Assembly: GCA_964016885.1 (NCBI GenBank)
Contig: OZ024755.1
Coordinates: 40,610,001 to 40,674,000, forward strand
DNA: 64,000 bases
Direction: 5' to 3'
Source: Eledone cirrhosa
Taxonomy: Eukaryota
A program made the position numbers and the translations under genes. Below, piece after piece: positions 35,301-47,300 of this stretch (position 1 is the first letter of the stretch; the number at the start of each line of letters is the position of its first letter). Below the pieces are notes generated by a model, which saw only the letters and a list, made by a program, of their open reading frames with translations, was not told the DNA's origin and made no database searches.

Positions 35301-38300
35301 TGTGCTAGGTGTGTGCTAGGTGTATGTGCTAGGTGTGTGCTAGGTGTGTGCTAGGTGTGTGTGCTAGGTATGTGCTAGGTGTGTGCTAGGTGTGTGCTAG
35401 ATGTGTGTGCTATGTGTGTGCTAGGTGTGTGTTAGGTGTGTGCTAGGTGTGTGTGCTATGTGTGTGCTAGGTGTGTGCTAGGTGTGTGTGCTAGGTGTGT
35501 GTGCTAGGTGTGTGCTAGGTGTGTGCTAGGTATGTGTGCTAGGTGTGTGCTAGATGTGTGCTAGGTATGTGTGCTAGGTGTGTGCTAGGTGAGTATACTA
35601 GGTGTGTGTGCTAGGTGTGTGCTAGGTGTGTGTGCTAGGTGTGTGCTAGGTGTGTGCTAGGTGTGTGCTAGGTGTGTGCTAGGGATGTGCGCTAGGTGTG
35701 TGCTAGGTGTGTGTTAGGAGTGTGCTAGGTGTGTGTGCTATGTGTGTGCTAGGTGTGTGTGCTAGGTGTGTTTGTTAGGTGTGTGCTAGGTGTGTGCTAG
35801 GTGTGTGTGCTAGGTATGTGCTAGGTGTGTGCTAGGTGTATGTGCTAGGTGTGTGCTAGGTGTGTGCTAGGTGTGTGCTAGGTGTGTGTGCTAGGTGTGT
35901 GTGCTAGGTGTGTGCTAGGTGTGTACTAGGTGTGAGCTAGGTGTGTGTTAGGTGTGTGCTAGGTGTGTGTGCTATGTGTGTGCTAGGTGTGTGCTAGGCG
36001 TGTGCTAGGTGTGTGTGCTATGTGTGTGCTAGGTGTGTGTGCTAGGTGTGTTTGTTAGGTGTGTGCTAGGTGTGTGCTAGGTGTGTGTGCTAGGTATGTG
36101 TTAGGTGTGTTTAAGGTGTGTGCTAGATGTGTGTGCTAGGTGTGTGCTAGGTGTGTGTGCTAGGTGTGTGCTAGGTTTGTGTGCTAGGTGTGTGTGTTAG
36201 GTGTGTGCTAGGTGTGTGCTAGGTGTGTGCTAGGTGTGTGCTAGGTGTGTGTGCTAGGTATGTGCTAGGTGTGTGTGCTAGGTATGTGCTAGGTGTGTGC
36301 TAGGTGTGTGCTAGGTGTGTGCTAGGTGTGTGTGCTAGGTGTGTGCTAGGTGTGTGTGCTAGGAGTGTGCTAGGTGTGTGTGCTAGGTGTGTGCTAGGTG
36401 TGTGTGCTAGGTGTGTGTGCTAGGTGTGTGCTAGGTGTGTACTAGGTGTGAGCTAGGTGTGTGTTAGGTGTGTGCTAGGTGTGTGTGCTATGTGTGTGCT
36501 AGGTGTGTGCTAGGCGTGTGCTAGGTGTGTGTGCTATGTGTGTGCTAGGTGTGTGTGCTAGGTGTGTTTGTTAGGTGTGTGCTAGGTGTGTGCTAGGTGT
36601 GTGTGCTAGGTATGTGCTAGGTGTGTGTGCTAGGTATGTGCTAGGTGTGTGCTAGGTGTGTGCTAGGTGTGTGCTAGGTGTGTGTGCTAGGTATGTGCTA
36701 GGTGTGTGTGCTAGGAGTGTGCTAGGTGTGTGTGCTAGGTGTGTGTGCTAGGTGTGTGCTAGGTGTGTGCTAGGTGTGTGTGCTAGGTGTGTGTGCTAGA
36801 TGTGTGCTAGGTGTGTGCTAGGTGTGTGTGCTAGGTGTGTGTGCTAGGTGTGTGCTAGGTGTGTGCTAGGTGTGTGTGCTAGGTGTGTGCTAGGTGTGTG
36901 CTAGGTGTGTGCTAGATGTGTGCTAGGTGTGTGCTAGGTGTGTGTGCTAGGTGTGTGTGCTAGGTGTGTGCTAGGTGTGTGCTAGGTGTGTGTGCTAGGT
37001 GTGTGTGCTAGGTGTGTGTGCTAGATGTGTGCTAGGTGTGTGCTAGGTGTGTGTGCTAGGTGAGTGCTAGGTGTGTGCTAGGTGTGTGTGCTAGATGTGT
37101 GTGCTAGGTGTGTGTGCTAGGTGTGTGTGCTAGGTGTGTGCTAGGTGTGTGCTACGTGTGTGCTAGGTGTGTGCTAGGTGTGTGTGCTAGGTGTGTGCTA
37201 GGTGTGTGCTAGGTGTGTGCTACGTGTGTGCTAGGTGTGTGCTAGGTGTGTGTGCTAGGTGTGTGCTAGGTGTGTGCTAGGTGTGTGTGCTAGGTGTGTG
37301 CTAGGTGTGTGCTAGTTGTGTGCTAGGTGTGTGTGCTAGATGTGTGTGCTAGGTGTGTGTGCTAGGTGTGTGTGCTAGGTGTGTGCTAGGTGTGTGCTAC
37401 GTGTGTGCTAGGTGTGTGCTAGGTGTGTGTGCTAGGTGTGTGCTAGGTGTGTGCTAGTTGTGTGCTAGGTGTGTGCTAGGTGTGTGTGCTAGGTGTGTGT
37501 GCTAGGTGTGTGTGCTAGGTGTGTGCTAGGCGTGTGCTAGGTGTGTGTGCTAGGTGTGTGCTGGGGGTGTGTGCTAGGTGTGTGGTAGGTGTGTGGTAGG
37601 TGTGTGCTATGTGTGTGTGCTAGGTGTGTGCTAGGTGTGTGCTAGGTGTGTGCTGGGGGTGTGTGCTAGGTGTGTGCTAGGTGTGTGCTAGGTGTGTGCT
37701 AGGCGTGTGCTAGGTGTGTGTGCTATGTGTGTGCTATGTGTGTGTGCTAGGTGTGTTTGTTAGGTGTGTGCTAGGTGTGTGCTAGGTGTGTGTGCTAGGT
37801 ATGTGCTAGGTGTGTGTGCTAGGAGTGTGCTAGGTGTGTGTGCTAGGTGTGTGCTAGATGTGTGCTAGGTGTGTGCGAGGTGTGTGTGCTAGGTGTGTAT
37901 GGTAGGTGTGTGCTAGGTGAGTGCTAGGTGTGTGTTAGGTGTGTACTAGGTGTGAGCTAGGTGTGTGCTAGGTGTGTGCTAGGTGTGTGTGCTAGGTGTG
38001 TGTGCTAGGTGTGTGTGCTAGGTGTGTGTGCTAGGTGTGTGCTAGGTGTGTGCTACGTGTGTGCTAGGTGTGTGCTAGGTGTGTGTGCTAGGTGTGTGCT
38101 AGGTGTGTGCTAGTTGTGTGCTAGGTGTGTGCTAGGTGTGTGTGCTAGGTGTGTGTGCTAGGTGTGTGTGCTAGGTGTGTGCTAGGCGTGTGCTAGGTGT
38201 GTGTGCTAGGTGTGTGCTAGGTGTGTGCTAGGTGTGTGTGCTAGGTGTGTCCTAGGTGTGTGCTAGGTGTGTGTGCTAGGTGTGTGCTAGGTGTGTGCTA

Positions 38301-41300
38301 GGAGTGTGCTAGGTGTGTGTGCTAGGTGTGTGTGCTAGGTGTGTGCTAGGTGTGTGCTAGGTGTGTGCTAGGTGTGTGCTAGGTGTGTGCTAGGTGTGTG
38401 TGCTAGGTGTGTGTGCTAGGTGTGTGTGCTAGGTGTGTGCTAGGTGTGTGCTATGTGTGTGTGCTAGGTGTGTGCTATGTGTGTGCTAGGTGTGTGTACT
38501 AGGTGGGTGCTAGGGGTGTGTGCTAGGTGTGTGCTAGGTGTGTGTGCTAGGTGTGTGCTAGGTGTGTGCTAGGTGTGTGTGCTAGGTGTGTGCTAGGAGT
38601 GTGTGCTAGGTGTTGTGCTAGGGGTGTGTGCTAGGTATGTGCTAGGTGTGTGCTATGTGTGTGTGCTAGGTGTGTGCTATGTGTTTGCTAGGTGTGTGTG
38701 CTAGGTGTGTGCTAGGTGTGTGCTAGGTGTGTGCTAGGTGTGTGTGCTAGGTGTGTGTGCTAGGTGTATGCTAGGTGTGTGTGCATGTGTGTGCTAGGTG
38801 TGTGCGAGGTGTGAGCTAGGTGTGTGCTAGGTGTGTGCTAGGTGTGTGTGCTAGGTGTGTGCTGGGGGTGTGTGCTAGGTGTGTGCTAGGTGTGTGGTAG
38901 ATGTGTGCTATGTGTGTGTGCTAGGTGTGTATGCTAGGTGTGTGCGAGGTGTGTGTGCTAGGTGTGTGCTAAGTGTGTGCTAAGTGTGTGCTAGGTGTGT
39001 GTGCTAAGTGTGTGCTAGGTGTGTGTGCTAGGTGTGTGCTAGGTGTGTGTGCTAGGTGTGTGCAAGGTGTGTGTTAGGTGTGTGCTAGGTGTGTGCTAGG
39101 TGTGTGCTAGGTGTGTGTGCTAGGTGTGTGTGCTAGGTCTGTGCTAGGTGTGTGTGCTAGGTGTGTGCTAGGTGTGAGTGCTAGGTGTGTGTGCTAGGTG
39201 TGTGTGCTAGGTGTGTGCTAGGTGTGTGTGCTAGGTGTGTGCTAGGTGTGTGCTAGGTGTGTGCTAGGTGTGGGTTAGGTGTGTGCTAGGTGTGTGCTAG
39301 GTGTGTGCTAGGTGTGTGTGCTAGGTGTGTGCTAGGTGTGTGTGCTAGGTGTGTGTTAGGTGTGTGCTAGGTGTGTGCTAGGTGTGTGCTAGGTGTGTGT
39401 GCTAGGTGTGTGCTAGGTGTGTGCTAGGTGTGTGCTAGGTGTGTGCTAGGTGTGTGCTAGGTGTGTGCTAGGTGTGTGCTAGATGTGTGTGCTAGGTGTG
39501 TGCTAGATGTGTGCTAGGTGTGTGTGCTAGGTGTGTGATAGGTGTGTGCTAGGTGTGTGTGCTGGATGTGTGCTAGGTGTGAGCTAGGTGTGAGCTAGGT
39601 GTGTGCTAGGTGTGTGTGCTAGGTGTGTGATAGGTGTGTGTGCTAGGTGTGTGTGCTAGGTGTGTGTGCTAGGTGTGTGCTAGGTGTGTGGTAGGTGTGT
39701 GCTAGGTGTGTGCTAGGTGTGTGTGCTAGGTGTGTGCTAGGTGTGTGTGCTAAGTGTGTGCGAGGCGTGTGTGCTAGGTGTGTGCTATGTGTGTGCTAGG
39801 TGTGTGCTAGGTCTGTGCTAGGTGTGTGCTAGGTGTGTGTGCTAGGTGTGTGCTATGTGTGTGTGCTAGGTGTGTGCTAGGTGTGTGTGCTAAGTGTGTG
39901 CTAGGTGTGTGTGCTAGGTGTGTGTTAGGTGTGTGTGCTAGGCGTGTGTGCTAGGTGTGTGTGCTAGATGTGTGCTAGGTGTGAGCTAGGTGTGAGCTAG
40001 GTGTGTGCTAGGTGTGTGTGCTAGGTGTGTGATAGGTGTGTGTGCTAGGTGTGTGTGCTAGGTGTGTGCTAGGTGTGTGCTAGGTGTGTGTGCTAGGTGT
40101 GTGCTAGGTGTGTGCTAAGTGTATGCTAGGTGTGTGTGCTAGGTGTGTGTGCTAGGTGTGTGCTAGGTGTGTGCTAAGTGTGTGCTACGTGTGTGTGCTA
40201 GGTGTGTGCTAGGTGTGTGTGCTAGGTGTGTGTGCTAGGTGTGTGCTAGGTGTGTGTGCTAGGTGTGTGCTAGGTGTGTGCTAGGTGTGTGTGCTAGGTG
40301 TGTGCTATGTGTGTGTGCTAGGTGTGTGTGCTAGGTGTGTGCTAGGTGTGTGTGCTAGGTGTGTGCTAGGTGTGTGTGCTAAGTGTGTGCTAGGTGTGTG
40401 TGCTAGGTGTGTGTACTAGGTGTGAGCTAGGTGTGTGCTAGGTGTGTGCTAGGTGTGTGCTAAGTGTGTGCTAGGTGTGTGTGCTAAGTGTGTGCTAGGT
40501 GTGTGTGCTAGGTGTGTGCTAGGTGTGTGTGCTAGGTGTGTGCAAGGTGTGTGTTAGGTGTGTGCTAGGTGTGTGCTAGGTGTGTGCTAGGTGTGTGTGC
40601 TAGGTGTGTGTGCTAGGTGTGTGCTAGGTGTGTGTGCTAGGTGTGTGTGCTAGGTGTGTGCTAGGTGTGTGTGCTAGGTGTGTGCTAGGTGTGTGCTAGG
40701 TGTGTGTGCTAGGTGTGTGCTAAGTGTGTGCTAGGTGTGTGTGCTAAGTGTGTGCTAGGTGTGTGTGCTAATTGTGTGCTAGGTGTGTGTGCTAGGTGTG
40801 TGCTAGGTGTTTGCTAGGTGTGTGCTAGGTGTGTGCTAGGTGTGTGTGCTAGGTGTGTGCTAGGTGTGTGTGCTAGGTGTGTGCTAGCTGTGTGTGCTAG
40901 GTGTGTGCTAGGTGTGTGCTAAGTGTGTGCTAGGTGTGTGTGCTAGGTGTGTGTGCTAGGTGTGTGCTAGGTGTGTGCTAGGTGTGTGTGCTAGGTGTGT
41001 GCTAGGTGTGTGCTAAGTGTATGCTAGGTGTGTGTGCTAGGTGTGTGTGCTAGGTGTGTGCTAGGTGTGTTCTAAGTGTGTGCTACGTGTGTGTGCTAGG
41101 TGTGTGCTAGGTGTGTGTGCTAGGTGTGTGTGCTAGGTGTGTGTGCTAGGTGTGTGCTAGGTGTGTGCTAAGTGTATGCTAGGTGTGTGTGCTAGGTGTT
41201 GTGCTAGGTGTGTGCTAGGTGTGTGCTAAGTGTGTGCTACGTGTGTGTGCTAGGTGTGTGCTAGGTGTGTGTGCTAGGTGTGTGTGCTAGGTGTGTGCTA

Positions 41301-44300
41301 GGTGTGTGTGCTAGGTGTGTGCTAGGTGTGTGCTAGGTGTGTGTGCTAGGTGTGTGCTATGTGTTGTGCTAGGTGTGTGCTAGGTGTGTGCTAGGTGTGT
41401 GTGCTAGGTGTGTGCTAGGTGTGTGTGCTAGGTGTGTGTGCTAGGTGTTTGCTAGGTGTGTGCTAGGTGTGTGTGCTAGGTATGTGCTAGGTGTGTGTGC
41501 TAGGTGTGTGCTAGGTGTGTGCTAGGTGTGTGTGCTAGGTGTGTGTGCTAGGTGTTGTGCTAGGTGTGTGCTAGGTGTGTGCTAGGTGTGTGTGCTAGGT
41601 GTGTGCTAGGTGTGTGCTAGGTGTGTGCTAGGTGTGTGTGCTAGGTGTGTGTGCTAGCTGTGTGCTAGGTGTGTGTGCTAGGTGTGTGCTAGGTGTGTGT
41701 GCTAAGCGTGTGTGCTAGGTGTGTGCTAGGTGTGTGTGCTAGGTGTGTGTGCTAGGTGTGTGCTAGGTGTGTGCTAGGTGTGTGTGCTAGGTGTGTGCTA
41801 GGTGTGTGTGCTAGGTGTGTGTGCTAGCTGTGTGATAGGTGTGTGTGCTAGGTGTTTGCTAGGTGTGTGCTAGGTGTGTGCTAGGTGTGTGTGCTAGGTG
41901 TGTGCTAGGTGTGTGCTAGGTGTGTGCTAGGTGTGTGTGCTAGGTGTGTGTGCTAGGTGTGTGCTAGGTGTGTGCTAGGCGTGTGCTAGGTGTGTGTGCT
42001 AGGTGTGTGTGCTAGGTGTGTGTGCTAGCTGTGTGCTAGGTGTGTGTGCTAGGTGTGTGTGCTAGGTGTGTATGCTAGGTGTGTGGTAGGTGTGTGCTAG
42101 GTGTGTGTGCTAGGTGTGTGCTAGATGTGTGCTAGGTGTGTGCTAGGTGTGTGCTAGGTGTGTGCTAGGTGTGTGTGCTAGGTGTGTGCTAGGTGTGTGT
42201 GCTAGGTGTGTGCTAGGTGTGTGCTAGGTTTGTGTGCTAGGTGTGTGTGCTAGGTGTGTGCTCGGTGTGTGTGCTAGGTGTGTGCTAGGTGTGTGCTAGG
42301 TGTGTGTGCTAGGTGTGTGCTAGGTGTTTGCTAGGTGTGTGCTAGGTGTGTGCTAGGTGTGTGTGCTAGGTGTGTGCTAGGTGTGTGTGCTAGGTGTGTG
42401 CTAGCTGTGTGTGCTAGGTGTGTGCTAGGTGTGTGCTAAGTGTGTGCTAGGTGTGTGTGCTAGGTGTGTGTGCTAGGTGTGTGCTAGGTGTGTGCTAGGT
42501 GTGTGTGCTAGGTGTGTGCTAGGTGTGTGCTGAGTGTATGCTATGTGTGTGTGCTAGTTGTGTGTGCTAGGTGTGTGCTAGGTGTGTTCTAAGTGTGTGC
42601 TACGTGTGTGTGCTAGGTGTGTGCTAGGTGTGTGTGCTAGGTGTGTGTGCTAGATGTGTGCTAGGTGTGTGTGCTAGGTGTGTGCTAGGTGTGTGCTAGG
42701 TGTGTGTGCTAGGTGTGTGCTATGTGTTGTGCTAGGTGTGTGCTAGGTGTGTGCTAGGTGTGTGTGCTAGGTGTGTGCTAGGTGTGTGTGCTAGGTGTGT
42801 GCTAGGTGTGTGCTAGGTGTGTGCTAGGTGTGTGTGCTAGGTGTGTGTGCTAGGTGTGTGTGCTAGGTGTGTGTGCTAGGTGTGTGCTAGGTGTGTGCTA
42901 GGTGTGTGCTAGGTGTGTGTGCTAGGTGTGTGCTAGGTGTGTGCTAGGTGTGTGTGCTAGGTGTGTGCTAGGTGTTGTGCTAGGTGTGTGCTAGGTGTGT
43001 GCTAGGTGTGTGTGCTAGGTGTGTGCTAGGTGTGTGTGCTAGGTGTGTGCTAGCTGTGTGTGCTAGGTGTGTGCTAGGTGTGTGCTAAGTGTGTGCTAGG
43101 TGTGTGTGCTAGGTGTGTGTGCTAGGTGTGTGCTAGGTGTGTGCTAGGTGTGTGTGCTAGGTGTGTGCTAGGTGTGTGCTAAGTGTATGCTAGGTGTGTG
43201 TGCTAGGTGTGTGTGCTAGGTGTGTGCTAGGTGTGTGCTAAGTGTGTGCTACGTGTGTGTGCTAGGTGTGTGCTAGGTGTGTGTGCTAGGTGTGTGTGCT
43301 AGGTGTGTGCTAGGTGTGTGTGCTAGGTGTGTGCTGGGTGTGTGCTAGGTGTGTGTGCTAGGTGTGTGCTATGTGTTGTGCTAGGTGTGTGCTAGGTGTG
43401 TGTGCTAGGTGTGTGTGCTATGTGTGTGCTAGGTGTGTGTGCTAGGTGTGTGCTAGGTGTGTGTGCTAGGTGTGTGTGCTAGGTGTGTGCTAGGTGTGTG
43501 CTAGGTGTGTGTGCTAGGTGTGTGCTGGGTGTGTGCTAAGTGTGTGCTAGGTTTGTGTGCTAGGTGTGTGTGCTAGGTGTGTGCTATGTGTGTGCTAAAT
43601 GTGTGCTAGGTGTGTGTGCTAGGTGTGTGTGCTAGGTGTGTGTGCTAGGTGTGTGCTAGGTGTGTGCTAAGTGTGTGCTACGTGTGTGTGCTAGGTGTGT
43701 GCTAGGTGTGTGTGCTAGGTGTGTGTGCTAGGTGTGTGCTAGGTGTGTGTGCTAGGTGTGTGCTAGGTGTGTGCTAGGTGTGTGTGCTAGGTGTGTGCTA
43801 GGTGTGTGCTAGGTGTGTGTGCTAGGTGTGTGCTAGCTGTGTGTGCTAGGTGTGTGCTAGGTGTGTGCTAAGTGTGTGCTAGGTGTGTGTGCTAGGTGTG
43901 TGTGCTAGGTGTGTGCTAGGTGTGTGCTAGGTGTGTGTGCTAGGTGTGTGCTGGGTGTGTGCTAAGTGTGTGCTAGGTGTGTGTGCTAGGTGTGTGTGCT
44001 AGGTGTGTGCTATGTGTGTGCTAAATGTGTGCTAGGTGTGTGTGCTAGGTGTGTGCTAGGTGTGTGCTAGGTGTGTGCTAGGTGTGTGTGCTAGGTGTGT
44101 GCTAGGTGTGTGCTAGGTGTGTGCTAGGCGTGTGTGCTAGGTGTGTGTGCTAGGTGTGTGTGCTAGGTGTGTGCTAGGTGTGTGCTAGGTGTGTGCTAGG
44201 TGTGTGTGCTAGGTGTGTGCTAGGTGTGTGCTAGGTGTGTGTGCTAGGTGTGTGCTAGGTGTGTGTGCTAGGTGTGTGTGCTAGCTGTGTGCTAGGTGTG

Positions 44301-47300
44301 TGTCCTAGGTGTGTGCTAGGTGTGTGTGCTAGGTGTGTGTGCTAGGTGTGTGTGCTAGGTGTGTGCTAGGTGTGTGTGCTAGGTGTGTTTGCTAGGTGTG
44401 TGCTTGGTGTGTGCTAGGTGTGTGTTAGGTGTGTGTGCTAGGTGTGTGTGCTATGTGTGTGCTAGGTGTGTGTGCTAGGTGTGTGCTAAGTGTGTGCTAG
44501 GTGTGTGTGCTAGGTGTGTGCGCTAGGTGTGTGCTAGGTGTGTGTGCTAGGTGTGTGCTAGCTGTGTGTGCAAGGTGTGTGCTAGGTGTGTGCTAAGTGT
44601 GTGCTAGGTGTGTGTGCTAGGTGTGTGTGCTAGGTGTGTGCTAGGTGTGTGCTAGGTGTGTGTGCTAGGTGTGTGCTAGGTGTGTGCTAAGTGTGTGCTA
44701 GGTGTGCGTGCTAGGTGTGTGTGCTAGGTGTGTGCTAGGTGTGTGCTAAGTGTGTGCTAGGTGTGTGTACTAGGTGTGTGTGCTAGGTGTGTGCTAGGTG
44801 TGTGCTAGGTGTGTGTGCTAGGTGTGTGCTAGGTGTGTGCTAGGTGTGTCCTAGGTGTGTGTGCTAGGTGTGTGTGCTAGGTGTGTGCTAGGTGTGTGCT
44901 AGGTGTGTGCTAGGTGTGTGTGCTAGGTGTGTGCTAGGTGTGTGCTAGGTGTGTGTGCTAGGTGTGTGCTAGGTGTGTGCTAGGTGTGTGCTAGGTGTGT
45001 GTGCTAGGTGTGTGTGCTAGGTGTGTGTGCTAGGTGTGTGTGCTAGCTGTGTGCTAGGTGTGTGTGCTAGGTGTGTGCTAGGTGTGTGTGCTAGGTGTGT
45101 GTGCTATGTGTGTGCAAGGTGTGTGTGCTAGGTGTGTGCTAGGTGTGTGTGCTAGGTGTGTGTGCTAGGTGTGTGCTTGGTGTGTGCTAGGTGTGTGCTA
45201 GGTGTGTGTGCTAGGTGTGTGTGCTATGTGTGTGCGAGGTGTCTGTGCTAGGTGTGTGCTAGGTGTGTTCTAAGTGTGTGCTACGTGTGTGTGCTAGGTG
45301 TGTGCTAGGTGTGTGTGCTAGGTGTGTGTGCTAGGTGTGTGCTAGGTGTGTGTGCTAGGTGTGTGCTAGGTGTGTGCTAGGTGTGTGTGCTAGGTGTGTG
45401 CTATGTGTTGTGCTAGGTGTGTGCTAGGTGTGTGCTAGGTGTGTGTGCTAGGTGTGTGCTAGGTGTGTGTGCTAGGTGTGTGCTAGGTGTGTGCTAGGTG
45501 TGTGCTAGGTGTGTGTGCTAGGTGTGTGTGCTAGGTGTGTGTGCTAGGTGTGTGTGCTAGGTGTGTGCTAGGTGTGTGCTAGGTGTGTGCTAGGTGTGTG
45601 TGCTAGGTGTGTGCTAGGTGTGTGCTAGGTGTGTGTGCTAGGTGTGTGCTAGGTGTTGTGCTAGGTGTGTGCTAGGTGTATGCTAGGTGTGTGCTAGGTG
45701 TGTGTGCTAGGTGTGTGCTAGGTGTGTGCTAGGTGTGTGCTAAGTGTGTGCTAGGTGTGTGTGCTAGGTGTGTGTGCTAGGTGTGTGCTAGGTGTGTGCT
45801 AGGTGTGTGTGCTAGGTGTGTGCTAGGTGTGTGCTAAGTGTATGCTAGGTGTGTGTGCTAGGTGTGTTTGCTAGGTGTGTGCTAGGTGTGTGCTAGGTGT
45901 GTGCTAGGTGTGTGTGCTAGGTGTGTGCTAGGTGTGTGCTAGGTGTGTGTGCTAGGTGTGTGCTAGGTGTTGTGCTAGGTGTGTGCTAGGAGTGTGCTAG
46001 GTGTGTGTGCTAGGTGTGTGCTAGGTGTGTGTGCTAGGTGTGTGCTAGCTGTGTGTGCTAGGTGTGTGCTAGTTGTGTGCTAAGTGTGTGCTAGGCGTGT
46101 GTGCTAGGGGTGTGTGCTAGGTGTGTGCTAGGTGTGTGCTAGGTGTGTGTGCTAGGTGTGTGCTAGGTGTGTGCTAAGTGTATGCTAGGTGTGTGTGCTA
46201 GGTGTGTGTGCTAGATGTGTGTGCTAGGTGTGTGCTAGGTGTGTGCTAGGTGTGTGTGCTAGGTGTGTGCTAGGTGTGTGTGCTAGGTGTGTGTGCTAGG
46301 TGTGTGCTAGCTGTGTGTGCTAGGTGTGTGCTAGGTGTGTGCTAAGTGTGTATTAGGTGTGTGTGCTAGGTGTGTGTGCTAGGTGTGTGCTGGGTGTGTG
46401 CTAAGTGCGTGCTAGGTGTGTGTGCTAGGTGTGTGTGCTAGGTGTGTGCTATGTGTGTGCTAAATGTGTGCTATGTGTGTGTGCTAGGTGTGTGTGCTAG
46501 GTGTGTGCTGGGTGTGTGCTAGGTGTGTGTGCTAGGTGTGTGCTAGGTGTGTGCTAGGTGTGTGCTAGGTGTGTGTGCTAGGTGTGTGTGCTAGGTGTGT
46601 GTGCTAGGTGTGTGCTAGGTGTGTGCTAGGTATGTGCTAGGTGTGTGTGCTAGGTGTGTGCTAGGTGTGTGCTAGGTGTTGTGCTAGGTGTGTGCTAGGT
46701 GTATGCTAGGTGTGTGTGCTAGGTGTGTGCTAGGTGTGTGTGCTAGGTGTGTGCTAGCTGTGTGTGCTAGGTGTGTGCTAGGTGTGTGCTAAGTGTGTGC
46801 TAGGTGTGTGTGCTAGGTGTGTGTGCTAGGTGTGTGCTAGGTGTGTGCTAGGTGTGTGTGCTAGGTGTGTGCTAGGTGTGTGCTAAGTGTATGCTAGGTG
46901 TGTGTGCTAGGTGTGTGTGCTAGGTGTGTGCTAGGTGTGTGCTAGGTGTGTGCTAGGTGTGTGTGCTAGGTGTGTGCTAGGTGTGTGCTAGGTGTGTGTG
47001 CTAGGTGTGTGCTAGGTGTTGTGCTAGGTGTGTGCTAGGTGTGTGCTAGGTGTGTGTGCTAGGTGTGTGCTAGGTGTGTGTGCTAGGTGTGTGCTAGCTG
47101 TGTGTGCTAGGTGTGTGCTAGGTGTGTGCTAAGTGTGTGCTAGGCGTGTGTGCTAGGTGTGTGTGCTAGGTGTGTGCTAGGTGTGTGCTAGGTGTGTGTG
47201 CTAGGTGTGTGCTAGGTGTGTGCTAAGTGTATGCTAGGTGTGTGTGCTAGGTGTGTGTGCTAGGTGTGTGTGCTAGGTGTGTGCTAGGTGTGTGCTAGGT